Notes under the pieces: model-generated
Told to the model about the DNA's origin: nothing
Database searches by the model: none
Seen by the model: the letters and a program-made list of their open reading frames with translations, nothing else
In this document: positions 9,523 to 18,605 of the stretch, piece after piece
How positions within the stretch are numbered: position 1 is the stretch's first letter
How the letters are laid out: every line of letters begins with the position of its first letter
Translations under genes and position numbers: made by a program
From: an uncultured delta proteobacterium
Lineage (GTDB): Bacteria > Desulfobacterota > Desulfobacteria > Desulfobacterales > JAFDCJ01
Reading direction: 5' to 3'
DNA: 64,000 bases
Assembly (NCBI GenBank): GCA_963769935.1
Contig: CAVYNY010000035.1
Location: 64,001 to 128,000, forward strand

Positions 9523-10629
9523 TTATTGACTTTTACCCCGCAGGTCGATCGGCCACCGGTCAATTACCTTTTCCCCGCGGGTTATATAAAAAAAATCAAA
9601 CTGGTTTATGGTGGGATCGCAGTGGGAGGTCACAACTTCCAGCAATGTTCCGGGCGGCGGCAGGTTGCCGTCCGCGGCGCGGACAAGTTTGCCGTATTCA
9701 TCGCCGAACCAGTCGTATCTCAGATCGGTAAATCCCGGGGAGACGACAAACGGCACGCCGCCATCCCGGTACAGTGATTTCAGGCCGGCATCCACCGTAA
9801 CAAACTCCGGGCGGTTGACGCTGACGACGGCGGTCAGCAGGGTCAGGGCCGGTTTGAAATCGGAGAAGCGGGCGGGATTATCCTGGGCGGCAATGTTTAA
9901 ATATTCGGCATCCATCACCGCGTAGGACCCAACCTGCAGTTCGGTCAGTTCGGGAATTTGGATGTCGATATCATAGGTGCCCGTTCCGGTCCCGCTGAAG
10001 ATCGTACAGGTTGGCGCCTTTTCCTGCAATTTAAGGAATACATCGGCCGCCTGCTGCATGCATGCCAGGGAGGCCTTTTTGCGTTCGGGGTATGACGGAA
10101 TATGCTGCACGAAACCGGCATAAGCCTGAATTCCCTTCAGCCGCAGATTCCCGGCTTTGGAGATGTCTCCGGCCAGTTCCAGTGCGGATTCCGGCAACAC
10201 CCCCGTGCGACCCAATCCCACATCGATATCGATCAATACATCCAGCGAAAGGCGGCGGGCCTGCATGGCTTCATCGAGCCGGCGGACATTGGCGGGATGA
10301 TCGACTACCACCATGACCGTCGCATCTTTTTCCAGGATGGCTGCCAGGCGCTCGATCTTTTGGGCGGTTACCACCGGTCCGGTAATAAGAATTCCCATTA
10401 CACCGGCATCCGCCAGAACTTCAGCTTCAGAAACCTTCGCCGCACATGCACCGACTGCACCGGCCAGGATTTGTTTTTTGGCCAGCAGGGAGCATTTATG
10501 GGTTTTGGCATGCGGCCTGAGATCTTTGCCGGCAGCGCGGGCGGCGGCCTGCATTTTAGTAATGTTTTGCTCCAGGATATCGATATCTATTGTCAGACAG
10601 GGGGTATCAAGTTTGTATTTGTCGTCCAT
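9523..10629 (-). CDS. DSD1 / D-threonine aldolase / 3-hydroxy-D-aspartate aldolase family PLP enzyme (fold type III)
   Basis: DTP, RPHAKTHK (PLP lysine), GRTGV, ELQVGSY, DAGLKS and HCDPT metal motif. Confidence 0.9.
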   Translation of the reverse strand: MDDKYKLDTPCLTIDIDILEQNITKMQAAARAAGKDLRPHAKTHKCSLLAKKQILAGAVGACAAKVSEAEVLADAGVMGILITGPVVTAQKIERLAAILEKDATVMVVVDHPANVRRLDEAMQARRLSLDVLIDIDVGLGRTGVLPESALELAGDISKAGNLRLKGIQAYAGFVQHIPSYPERKKASLACMQQAADVFLKLQEKAPTCTIFSGTGTGTYDIDIQIPELTELQVGSYAVMDAEYLNIAAQDNPARFSDFKPALTLLTAVVSVNRPEFVTVDAGLKSLYRDGGVPFVVSPGFTDLRYDWFGDEYGKLVRAADGNLPPPGTLLEVVTSHCDPTINQFDFFYITRGEKVIDRWPIDLRGKSQ

Positions 10630-10793
10630 ATTGCTCCTGTTTAATTATAAGATCCTAAGATTCAATCAAGGCTTCGCTCGATAGCCGTTGTACGGGTTTT
10701 CGCTCAATCACTAAATAACGAATTCACCAAAGTTAGGCAAACTTCGGCGGACAGCGGCTAACACCTTTAACAACGAACAACTTGTTTTTTTAT

Positions 10794-11669
10794 TTAGCTG
10801 ATTCTTTGTGCCCAGTCAATGACCTCAATCGGCGAGTTGAGAATTGTTGCATTTGCGGTGCGCAAGGCCTGTATTTTGCTTTCAAATGTTCCCTGGGATC
10901 CCCGGATAATAGCGCCGGCGTGGCCCATGCGCTTGCCTTCGGGTGCAAATTTTCCGGCAATGTAGGCGGCCACCGGCTTGTGCATGCCGGCGGCAATGAA
11001 TTGGGCGGCCTCTTCTTCCTGAATCCCGCCGACCTCGCCCACGATCACGACACCATCGGTGGCGGCGTCCCGGTCAAAGAGCTGCAGGAGAGCGCTGAAT
11101 GACGTCAGGGCGACCGGATCGGCACCTTGGCCGACCACCGTGCTCTGACCATATCCGGCACTGGATAAAATCCCCGCCATTTCATAGGACAGGGTCCCGC
11201 TGCGGGAAATTATTCCGATGCGGCCGGGATTGAATAAGGAGGCCGGCATGATTCCCATTTTGGCTTCACCGGGGGTCAGGATACCGGCCGTGGTGGGGCC
11301 TAAGGCCAACAGCCCCCGGTTTGCATGCCTCCGGACATAAGCCTTCATCTTCATCGCATCATGGACCGGGATATGCTCCGGAACCACCACAATCAGGTTG
11401 ATGCCGGCATCAACGGTTTCGACGAAGGCATCCAGCACAAAGGGTGCGGGCACGAAAAACACGGAAGCTTCGGCACCGGTTTTCTCCACCGCTTCCAGCA
11501 CCGAGTCGAACACCGGCACCCCTTCGACGGAAGTTCCCCCTTTACCCGGGGTTACCCCCGCCACGATACCGGTTCCGTAAGCCAGCATCCAGTGCGTCTG
11601 AACCCGGCCGATGCGACCCGTGATGCCCTGCACCAGAACCCGGGTTCTTTTATTTAAAAGAATGCTCAT
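10794..11669 (-). CDS. SucD-like ADP-forming acyl-CoA ligase alpha subunit (divergent)
   Basis: [28 protein letters not shown] and RMGHAGA phospho-His motif. GPTTAG replaces the usual GPNCPG. Confidence 0.88.
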   Translation of the reverse strand: MSILLNKRTRVLVQGITGRIGRVQTHWMLAYGTGIVAGVTPGKGGTSVEGVPVFDSVLEAVEKTGAEASVFFVPAPFVLDAFVETVDAGINLIVVVPEHIPVHDAMKMKAYVRRHANRGLLALGPTTAGILTPGEAKMGIMPASLFNPGRIGIISRSGTLSYEMAGILSSAGYGQSTVVGQGADPVALTSFSALLQLFDRDAATDGVVIVGEVGGIQEEEAAQFIAAGMHKPVAAYIAGKFAPEGKRMGHAGAIIRGSQGTFESKIQALRTANATILNSPIEVIDWAQRIS

Positions 11670-12806
11670 GGTTTGGACAATAACTCAATCAACGTCTCCA
11701 CTGCTTTTTCGGTTGCCGCCTCCGTCACCACATGGACGCCGCCGGACCGCAGAATATCCCATGTCTCCGCCTGTCGATTGCCCAGCGCTTTGGCGACAAT
11801 CGGGATACGGACATCATGCTCCTTGATATAGCGGACAATGCCTTTGGCGCCTTCGTGAATCGGATTGATGCCGCCGTACAGATTGATGAATACCGCCCTC
11901 AGCCCTTTTTTCAGTCAGGATCAGATCCATGGTCCGGTATAGAAGTTCTTCGGTAATGGCACCGCCGGTTTCCAGAAAGTTGGCCGGCCGCAGCTTTTGG
12001 CCGATAATGTCCATGGTCGCCATGCCCAGCCCGGCGCCGGATGACATGATGCCGATGTCGCCTTCCAGTTCAACATAGGTGACGCCGATTTCGCGGCCCC
12101 GTTTCTCCAGGCGGCTTTCATTTCCATCCTGATTTGGCGGAATCAGCTTGCCGGTGCGGAAAAGCGACGCGTCGTCGACTTCCAGCTTGGCATCCAGGGC
12201 CATCAGGCTTCCGTTCGTGCAAATCACCAGGGGGTTGATTTCGGCTGTCAGGGCGTTGTAAGTCTCAAATACTCCATACAGCCGCACCAGGGTGTCGGCG
12301 CAGCCGGAGAGTTGCTGCGTGGGGAAGCCGGCCGATTTGAGCAATTGGCGGGCTTCAAAGGCAAAAAGACCCCGGTCGACAGGGACCCCCAGGAAAGATA
12401 TGCCGGTGGGCTCCTGCCGGGCATCTTTTTCGATGTTCATTCCGCCCTTTGGACTGACCATCGCCAGCGGCCGGCCGTTATACCCGTCGATGGTAACGCC
12501 GAGATAGAGTTCCTGGTAAAAATCGACTTTGCGAACCACCATGACCGAGGGGACTTTCATACCCTTAATCCGGGAGCCCAGCAGGCCGGCCGCAACAGTC
12601 CGGGCTTCGTCAGCCGTTGCAACGATTTTCACCCCGCCGGCGAGTCCCCGGCCGCCGGTCGGGACCTGGGCCTTCACCACGGCCGGCAACCCGATCTTTT
12701 TGGCAGCCAAAAAGGCTTCAGCGGGGGTGGCGGCCAGAATTCTCTCCGGCAGCGGGATGCCGAATCCGGAAAAAATAACTGCCGCTTCATACTCATAGAG
12801 GTTCAT
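11666..12806 (-). CDS. SucC-like ADP-forming acyl-CoA ligase beta subunit, frameshifted near 11906-11911
   Basis: MNLYEYE, VVKAQV..GGRG, EINPL, LDAK, GAGLGMATMD and PANFLE. After a one-base shift at the 6-nt homopolymer the frame continues KGLRAVFINLYGGIN...LLSKP to a TGA overlapping the sucD-like ATG. Confidence 0.85.
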
Positions 12807-13765
12807 AATGCTTCCGGATTGGCCACATACAGCGGTCGGCGACCCTGGAGCACGGCGGCCATGTCCTCGGCCATCATCTTAAAGGATTTAAACATCGCCC
12901 GTTTGGACATGCAGATGGCATGGGGTGCGGTCAGGCAATTGTCGAGTTTGAAAATCGGATGGCTCACATCCGGCGGTTCCGGTTCGAATACATCCAGGGC
13001 GGCACCGGCCAGGGGTCCCTCAGTCAGGGCTTCATAAAGGACATCGAGGCTTTCAATAATGGCTCCCCGCGCCAGGTTGATGAGAAAAGCCCCCGGCTTC
13101 ATCAGGCCGAGGCGCTTGCGGTCGATCAGACCCCGGGTGGTTTCATTCAGCAGGGCATGGATCGAGACAAAGTCGGATTTTTGCAACAGTTCTTCCAGTT
13201 CGACCAGCGCTGCATCCTGCTCGCCGACCGCCTTGGCGGAGGTAAAAGGATCGCAGGCCAGCACGGTCATGCCGAAAGGGCGGATCAGCTGCGCCAGCCT
13301 GCAGCCGATTCGGCCGAAGCCGATGATGCCCAAGGTGGCACCTTCCAGATCGCCGGGGCTCTGCTCAAACCGGCTTTTCCAATTTCCCTGCTTGAGCTGC
13401 CTATCCCAGTGGATCATTTTTTTGCTGAGCGCCAGCATGTAGGTCAGGGCCGCTTCGGCCACGGCCTGCGAATTGGCGCCGGGTGTGATGATGACCGGAA
13501 TTTTGCGCGCAGTGGCGGCTTGAATGTCTACCTTGTCGAAGCCCACGCCGGAACGGCCGATCACCTTCAAATCGGACGCCGTGTCGATGACACGCGCACT
13601 GCCGCTGCCGTCGCCCCTCAGCACCAGCCCGACCGCGCCCGCGAGAATCCGCAAAAGTGCGTTTTCGGAGCTGTCCTCGGCCACAACGATTTCGCCGAAG
13701 GGGTTTAAGATCTCAACCGCAACCTCTCCGATCGGGCCGCTGCAGGCGATAGACGGGGAGATCAT
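12803..13765 (-). CDS. D-isomer-specific 2-hydroxyacid dehydrogenase (SerA-like, no ACT domain)
   Basis: GVGFDKVD, PGANS..VAE, GFGRIG, INLARG, ALDVFEPEP and APH motifs. Confidence 0.92.
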   Translation of the reverse strand: MISPSIACSGPIGEVAVEILNPFGEIVVAEDSSENALLRILAGAVGLVLRGDGSGSARVIDTASDLKVIGRSGVGFDKVDIQAATARKIPVIITPGANSQAVAEAALTYMLALSKKMIHWDRQLKQGNWKSRFEQSPGDLEGATLGIIGFGRIGCRLAQLIRPFGMTVLACDPFTSAKAVGEQDAALVELEELLQKSDFVSIHALLNETTRGLIDRKRLGLMKPGAFLINLARGAIIESLDVLYEALTEGPLAGAALDVFEPEPPDVSHPIFKLDNCLTAPHAICMSKRAMFKSFKMMAEDMAAVLQGRRPLYVANPEAL

Positions 13766-13866
13766 GTCTGGAAACCTCGGTCTTATTTATTCAGGTCAAT
13801 TGCTTCCTTCAACGGTGTCGGCATTAACATGCTGTGCCGCCGACACGCCTTCGATAATTGATTACT

Positions 13867-14036
13867 AAAAATTCCAAATAACAAATCTCAAATAACAGAT
13901 AAATCTCAATGACCTAAATTCAAAATTTCAAATGATTAGATGACAGAGCCGCCTTAGTACAAATCAATCGTTTTGGTCATTGATAATTGGGATTTAAGAT
14001 TTATTTGAAATTTGGTTTTTAGAATTTGGGATTTTT
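13867..14036. repeat. Repeat family B: inverted arms built from degenerate heptamers (AAATTCC/AAATCTC ... GGGATTT/GAAATTT)
   Basis: Left arm ...CAATGACC pairs with right arm GGTCATTG.... A homologous copy lies at about 25059-25404. Confidence 0.75.
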
Positions 14037-14072
14037 AAAGTGCAAATACAAGAGACAGAAAATTTCGGCCTT

Positions 14073-14834
14073 CTATTTGAATTGCTTACAACGCTCCGCG
14101 ATGGATTTCAAGCCTCCCGCCACACATCCGCCGTCGGATCCGACCACCAGGAATGTGTACCCTCTGGCAGTCCAGTCTGCCAGATAATCCAGCTTGGGCA
14201 GCAGAATCCCGGCTGCTTTGCTGTGCTGGCGGCAGGCTGCAGCCACCCTGTCCAGGGCCTGCTCAAATTCCGGGTGTTCAAAGTTTTGGGGAATATGCAT
14301 GTTGACGCTTAGATCCAGCGGGCCGACAAACAAGACATCCACCCCGGCCACCGCTGCAATTTCTTCCGCCCGATCAACCGATTCCTTGGTTTCGATCTGA
14401 ACCACGGTTAAAAGGTTGTCATTGGCCTGTTTAAAATAAGTGTCGAATTCCTGCCCGAAACCGCAGGCCCGATTGAAGCGTGCCACACCGCGGATACCCG
14501 CCGGCGGATACCGCATGGACGCGGCCGCCTGCTCGGCCTCCCGGGCGGAGGTGACATAGGGGACCATAATGCCCGCAGCTCCCAGGTCCAAAACGCGCTT
14601 GAAGCGCGGGGCTTCATTCCAGGCAATCCTCACAATCGCCGGGGCGTTGTGAATGCCGGCCGCCTGAATTTGCGGGATCAGTTCACTGTAGTCGCCGGCC
14701 CCGTGCTCGCAGTCGATCCAGGTCCAGTCGAAGCCGGCCGCGCCGATCATTTCAACGGTCAGGCTGGACCCGAGATTCGCGCCGACGCCCAGCATCATCT
14801 CACCCGCCAACACACGCTTGCGAATAAACTGCAT
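14073..14834 (-). CDS. HpcH/HpaI (GarL-like) class II pyruvate aldolase
   Basis: GFDW..IDCEHG, RVLDLGA.GIMVP, RYPP.G.RG, QIET and FVGPLDLS motifs. Confidence 0.93.
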   Translation of the reverse strand: MQFIRKRVLAGEMMLGVGANLGSSLTVEMIGAAGFDWTWIDCEHGAGDYSELIPQIQAAGIHNAPAIVRIAWNEAPRFKRVLDLGAAGIMVPYVTSAREAEQAAASMRYPPAGIRGVARFNRACGFGQEFDTYFKQANDNLLTVVQIETKESVDRAEEIAAVAGVDVLFVGPLDLSVNMHIPQNFEHPEFEQALDRVAAACRQHSKAAGILLPKLDYLADWTARGYTFLVVGSDGGCVAGGLKSIAERCKQFK

Positions 14835-14922
14835 GTCACCCTCCTTCGCTTTTGGGAAACAATCAGATGGTTGAAAAAAGCCACAAATTGACCCGAATCA
14901 ACACGAATTCATTCCAACGTTG

Positions 14923-15303
14923 AAAACCTGGTCCTCTGGGCCAGGTCAGAGGAGATTGGCTTTGCCGTGCGCCCATGCCGTGGAGTGATGGCCCGCCCTG
15001 GTGCGACGTACTGAGAATTTAAAGCACGTTTGTCCTGGGTAGAAATAAATAGTTAAAAATAGGGTCATGTTAACGACGGTCTGGGCCAGGGAATATTGGA
15101 ATACTGAAAACCCGCGTTTGCCGGAATGAGATCTGTTTTATGTGGATAGCATGCATCAGAAAAAAAAATCAGACCATCATCCGCTTTTGACTCCCAATAT
15201 TCCATTTTTCCACCGTTCCATTATTCCATGGGTTATCTGGCGGCCAAAACGACTCCTCTATGGTGAAGTCAAAGCCTGGCTCTCTGGGGCACGATTCTTT
15301 ACT
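14923..15303. repeat. Repeat family A copy 1 (carries a family C insert)
   Basis: Shares GGTCCTCTGGG, GGCTTTGCCG, GGAATGAGATCTG, CAGACCATCATCCGCTTTTG and GGTGAA.TCAAAGCC with 23712-24137. Confidence 0.8.
14990..15091. mobile_element. Repeat family C copy 1: 102-bp GG-flanked element inserted in family A
   Basis: Ends GGCCCGCCCTGGTG ... CGGTCTGGGCCAGGG match 25276-25377, the length is the same, and it is absent from family A copy 2. Confidence 0.65.
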
Positions 15304-15310
15304 AATGGCT

Positions 15311-15700
15311 CTACTTCCCGCCTCTTGCCTTGAGCGCCTTCTTCAGTTTGGCGACATGATCTTCGCGCGGCGGGCAGAAAATATCGATTCCTTTGAATCC
15401 GACCTTGGTTTGGCCGCCGTGCGGCACATTGGACGGATGCACACACACGTCGCCGGCTTTCATCAAAAAGGTTTCATCGCCGCAGACGTGTTCTTCTTCG
15501 CCTTCCAGCATAATCAGGATTTGCTCGGATTCATGGCTGTGGATGGGAAATACACAACCGGGAGGATTTTCGATGAAGCTGATCAGCATCTTATCACTGA
15601 GCAGCAAATTCGCCATGGAAGGCAACTTCTCGTCTCCGGTCAAATTGACGCGCGGCAAATCCTCGATGCGATAGACATATTTTGAATTCTTTTCGGTCAT
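15311..15700 (-). CDS. Cupin domain protein (Cupin_2)
   Basis: PIHSHESEQ, GD...HPSNVPH and IDIFCPPRED motifs. Confidence 0.9.
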   Translation of the reverse strand: MTEKNSKYVYRIEDLPRVNLTGDEKLPSMANLLLSDKMLISFIENPPGCVFPIHSHESEQILIMLEGEEEHVCGDETFLMKAGDVCVHPSNVPHGGQTKVGFKGIDIFCPPREDHVAKLKKALKARGGK

Positions 15701-16155
15701 TTTCGTTCTCCTTATTACAAATTAAATAAAATTGCCAAATAGATATATGAACCTCCGGAATGTTTCAAGAAATAATTATCCAATCTCCTGTATGTTCAAG
15801 TTCGTGCAAATTCAATTCATCGCTAATTATGGCTTTTAGCGCATCGTCATGCATATTTTTCAAGGCTTATTGATTTTGCCGCTTCCACTGCTCGGGGGTC
15901 TTGCTGGTTGTAGAGGATTATTTTCTCCATAGTTGCCTCCTATAGTCCAAATTGCAGCTCAATCACCAGCATACCTAAAGGCAACTGATATATATATGTC
16001 GGTATTGATTGTCCTGAAACTTATTATTATACTAATATTTAATTTTACGCCGGAATTCCGGCATCAAGCAGTGTTCGGTCGCGGGCGGCAAAAGAATTTT
16101 ACAACATCCGGATTTAAATGCCAAGCAAGGCACTGAAAGTTGAAAAGGAGAGCCA

Positions 16156-16962
16156 ATGCCAATCGATCTCGATCAGTTCAAAATTGCCTACGAGAAATGG
16201 GTGGAAGAAAGCCTGCCGGATTATCGGGCGGGCCGCATGCAGGAAATTGTCAAAAAGTATCCTTTCGTGGTCTCAGACGACATCCCCTGGACCCCCTACC
16301 GGGGCCGGCCGTCGGAACAAACCGTTGCGCTGGTTACCAGCGGCGGCCTTTATATCAAGCAAAGCCAGCCGGCTTTCGACACCGAATCCATTCACGGCGA
16401 TCCGTCTTTCCGGGAAATTCCCAAAACCGTGCGCCAGGAAGATCTCGGTTTTGCGCATGCCCATTATGATCACAGCCTGGCGGAGCAGGACTTCAACATC
16501 GTTTTTCCCGTCCAGCGCCTCATCGAACTGGAAAAGGAGGGTATTATCGGCAGGGTGCCGGATACGCTTTACAGCTTCAGCTATGTCAACGACGTGGTAA
16601 CGCTGGTTGCAAAAACGCTGCCGGCCTTCATTGACCGGATCAAGGCCGCCGGTGTCGACGTTCTCTTGCTGGTGCCGGTCTGACCCAAGTGCCATCAGAC
16701 CGTGGGTCTGATCCAGCGGACAGCAGAGGAGGCCGGTATCGTCACTATCTCCATGGGCAATGACGCCGGGCGCATGGCTCACATCAAACCGCCCCGGGCC
16801 TTGCTCGTCAAGTTCGCAAGGGGCAGCATGTTCGGTGAGCCGGGCAATGTCAAACGGCAGCGGCGCATCGTCATGGATGCCCTCGACGCTTTAAAGACCA
16901 TGACCGAGCCGGGCACCATTCGGGAACTGCCTTACCAATGGAAGCGGCCGGATCCTGATTAA
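16156..16962 (+). CDS. Selenoprotein of the glycine/sarcosine/betaine/D-proline reductase component B (GrdB/PrdB-like) family; UGA at 16681-16683 read as Sec
   Basis: The two tracked ORFs (16156-16683 and 16702-16962) are in frame and join as LLVPV-U-PKCHQTVGLIQR..EEAGIVT. PWTP, ALVTSGG, GDPSFREIP, HYDH and KPPRAL motifs are present. Confidence 0.88.
16694..16712 (+). promoter_or_regulatory. Bacterial SECIS-like hairpin
   Basis: ATCAGACC-GTG-GGTCTGAT perfect stem starts 11 nt after the UGA, with G at the start of the apical loop. Confidence 0.7.
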
Positions 16963-17451
16963 TCCGCATTAATCCGCCACCGAAAAAATTCTAAGTGTGG
17001 TAAATTGCTTTCTGCCAACCGAAAAAAGTTGTTAAATCCGAGCTCCCGGCGGATTAATTGCCAAATGCTGCGCATTTATTTTTAGATATTATATCAGACA
17101 TGTGAATATAAGAAGACGTAACCGATATTAAGAAGCTGAAATCCAGATCAGAAAACCGCCACTTGCAGAAAGTAAACCGGCGAGCCATCATTGACCCGGC
17201 AGCGTGATTCGAAAGCGATGGGGTCTGCCTGCCGTTAGGGGCTAAAAATTGCCGAAATTGCCCAGCCGTGGGTGCCTAAAAAAAAAGGACCGGCATCAAA
17301 TTTCAGTTGCAAAAAAAGCAGTTTGTCCCGATAATGGCGCTGCTCAGCCATCCACGGGCATGGATATTCTCGGGCACGGGTATTCTGAAATCAGGAGCCC
17401 CGTAGTATGTCGGGTTAACCCGGTTTTTTTTGAATAAGAGTGTAAAATAAC

Positions 17452-18605
17452 ATGAACGACAATCCAGAGCGCGCACCCAAACGACACTGGTGGCGGCTGC
17501 TGATCACGGCGTTTGTTCTGCTGGGCGCCACGGCGGCCTTTGTCTTGCAGAATCGCAGCGACGGCCGGCCGCCGGAACGGACAGAGCCTGAGGCCGTTGC
17601 GGTCATGGCTGCCGCCGCCGTCCAAAAGACGGTACCGGTTCAGCTGACGGCCATCGGAACGGTGGAGAGCTATGCCTCGGTTTCGATTAAATCCCGCATT
17701 TCGGGACAGCTGGTGCAGGTTCATTTTAAAGAAGGCCAGGACGTCTCCAAAGGAGATTTGCTGTTTACCATTGATCCCCGTCCCTACGAAGTCGCGCTCA
17801 AAGAAGCCCAGGCCAGACTCGCAAAAGACAAGGTGCTGGCCGAGAAGGCGGAGATAGATGCCCGACGCTATGCCGATCTGGCCGGAAAAGATTTCGTCAG
17901 CAAAGACAAATCCGAACAATTTCGAGCCAATGCAGCGGCCCTCAAGGCAGACGCTGGAGGGCGACAAGGCGGCCGTCGAAAATGCGCGCCTGCAGCTTAG
18001 TTACTGCTACATCAGTGCACCCTTCAGCGGTCGCACCGGCAGCCTGCTGGTGGATGAAGGCGCGCAGATCAAGGCCAACGATGATCACGGCCTGGTGGAC
18101 ATCATGCAAATCGCGCCGATCTACGTAAGTTTTTCCGTTCCGCAACAGGATCTGGGCCGCATCCAACGGCGCATGAAGCAAGCAATGCTGCCGGTGGCGG
18201 CCTTTCTGCCGGACGGTTCAACGGCTCCCGAACAGGGAAATCTGACCTTTCTCGACAACCGGGTCAGCAGCGACACGGGTACGATCGGGCTGAAAGCCAC
18301 ATTTGCCAACCCCGACCGCCGCTTGTGGCCCGGTCAATTCGTCGACGTGGTGCTGACCTTGACCACCCGGCCGGATTCGATCGTCGTGCCTTCCGAGGCG
18401 GTTCAAACCGGTCAGCAAGGGACTGTTCGTCTATGTCATTAAACCGGACATGACCGTCGAGTCCCGGCCGGTGGCGGTGGCCATGACGCTCGGCAGCGAA
18501 ACGGTGATCGACAGCGGGGTATCGCCCGGGGAGCAGGTGGTGACCGACGGGCAGTTTCGGCTTGTTCCGGGCTCACTGGTCCAAATTCGCAAGACGGAGA
18601 GCTGA
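17452..18605 (+). CDS. RND efflux periplasmic adaptor (MdtA-like), frameshifted near 17947 and 18420
   Basis: FKEGQDV.KGDLLF.IDPRPY, then ISAPFSGRTG and LWPGQFV in a second frame, then FVYVIK...GEQVVTDG in a third. TGA overlaps the next ATG. Confidence 0.85.

Noticed and set aside
11900..11915. Programmed ribosomal frameshift at the A6 run in the sucC-like gene
   Set aside because: Many similar one-base errors occur in unrelated genes in this window, and homopolymer error is the simpler explanation.
17160..17290. Possible c-di-GMP-I riboswitch upstream of the RND operon (TTCGAAAG...GGG)
   Set aside because: No GGCAAAC/GACGCAAAG-type conserved elements or convincing second stem could be built. 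A covariance-model search would be needed.
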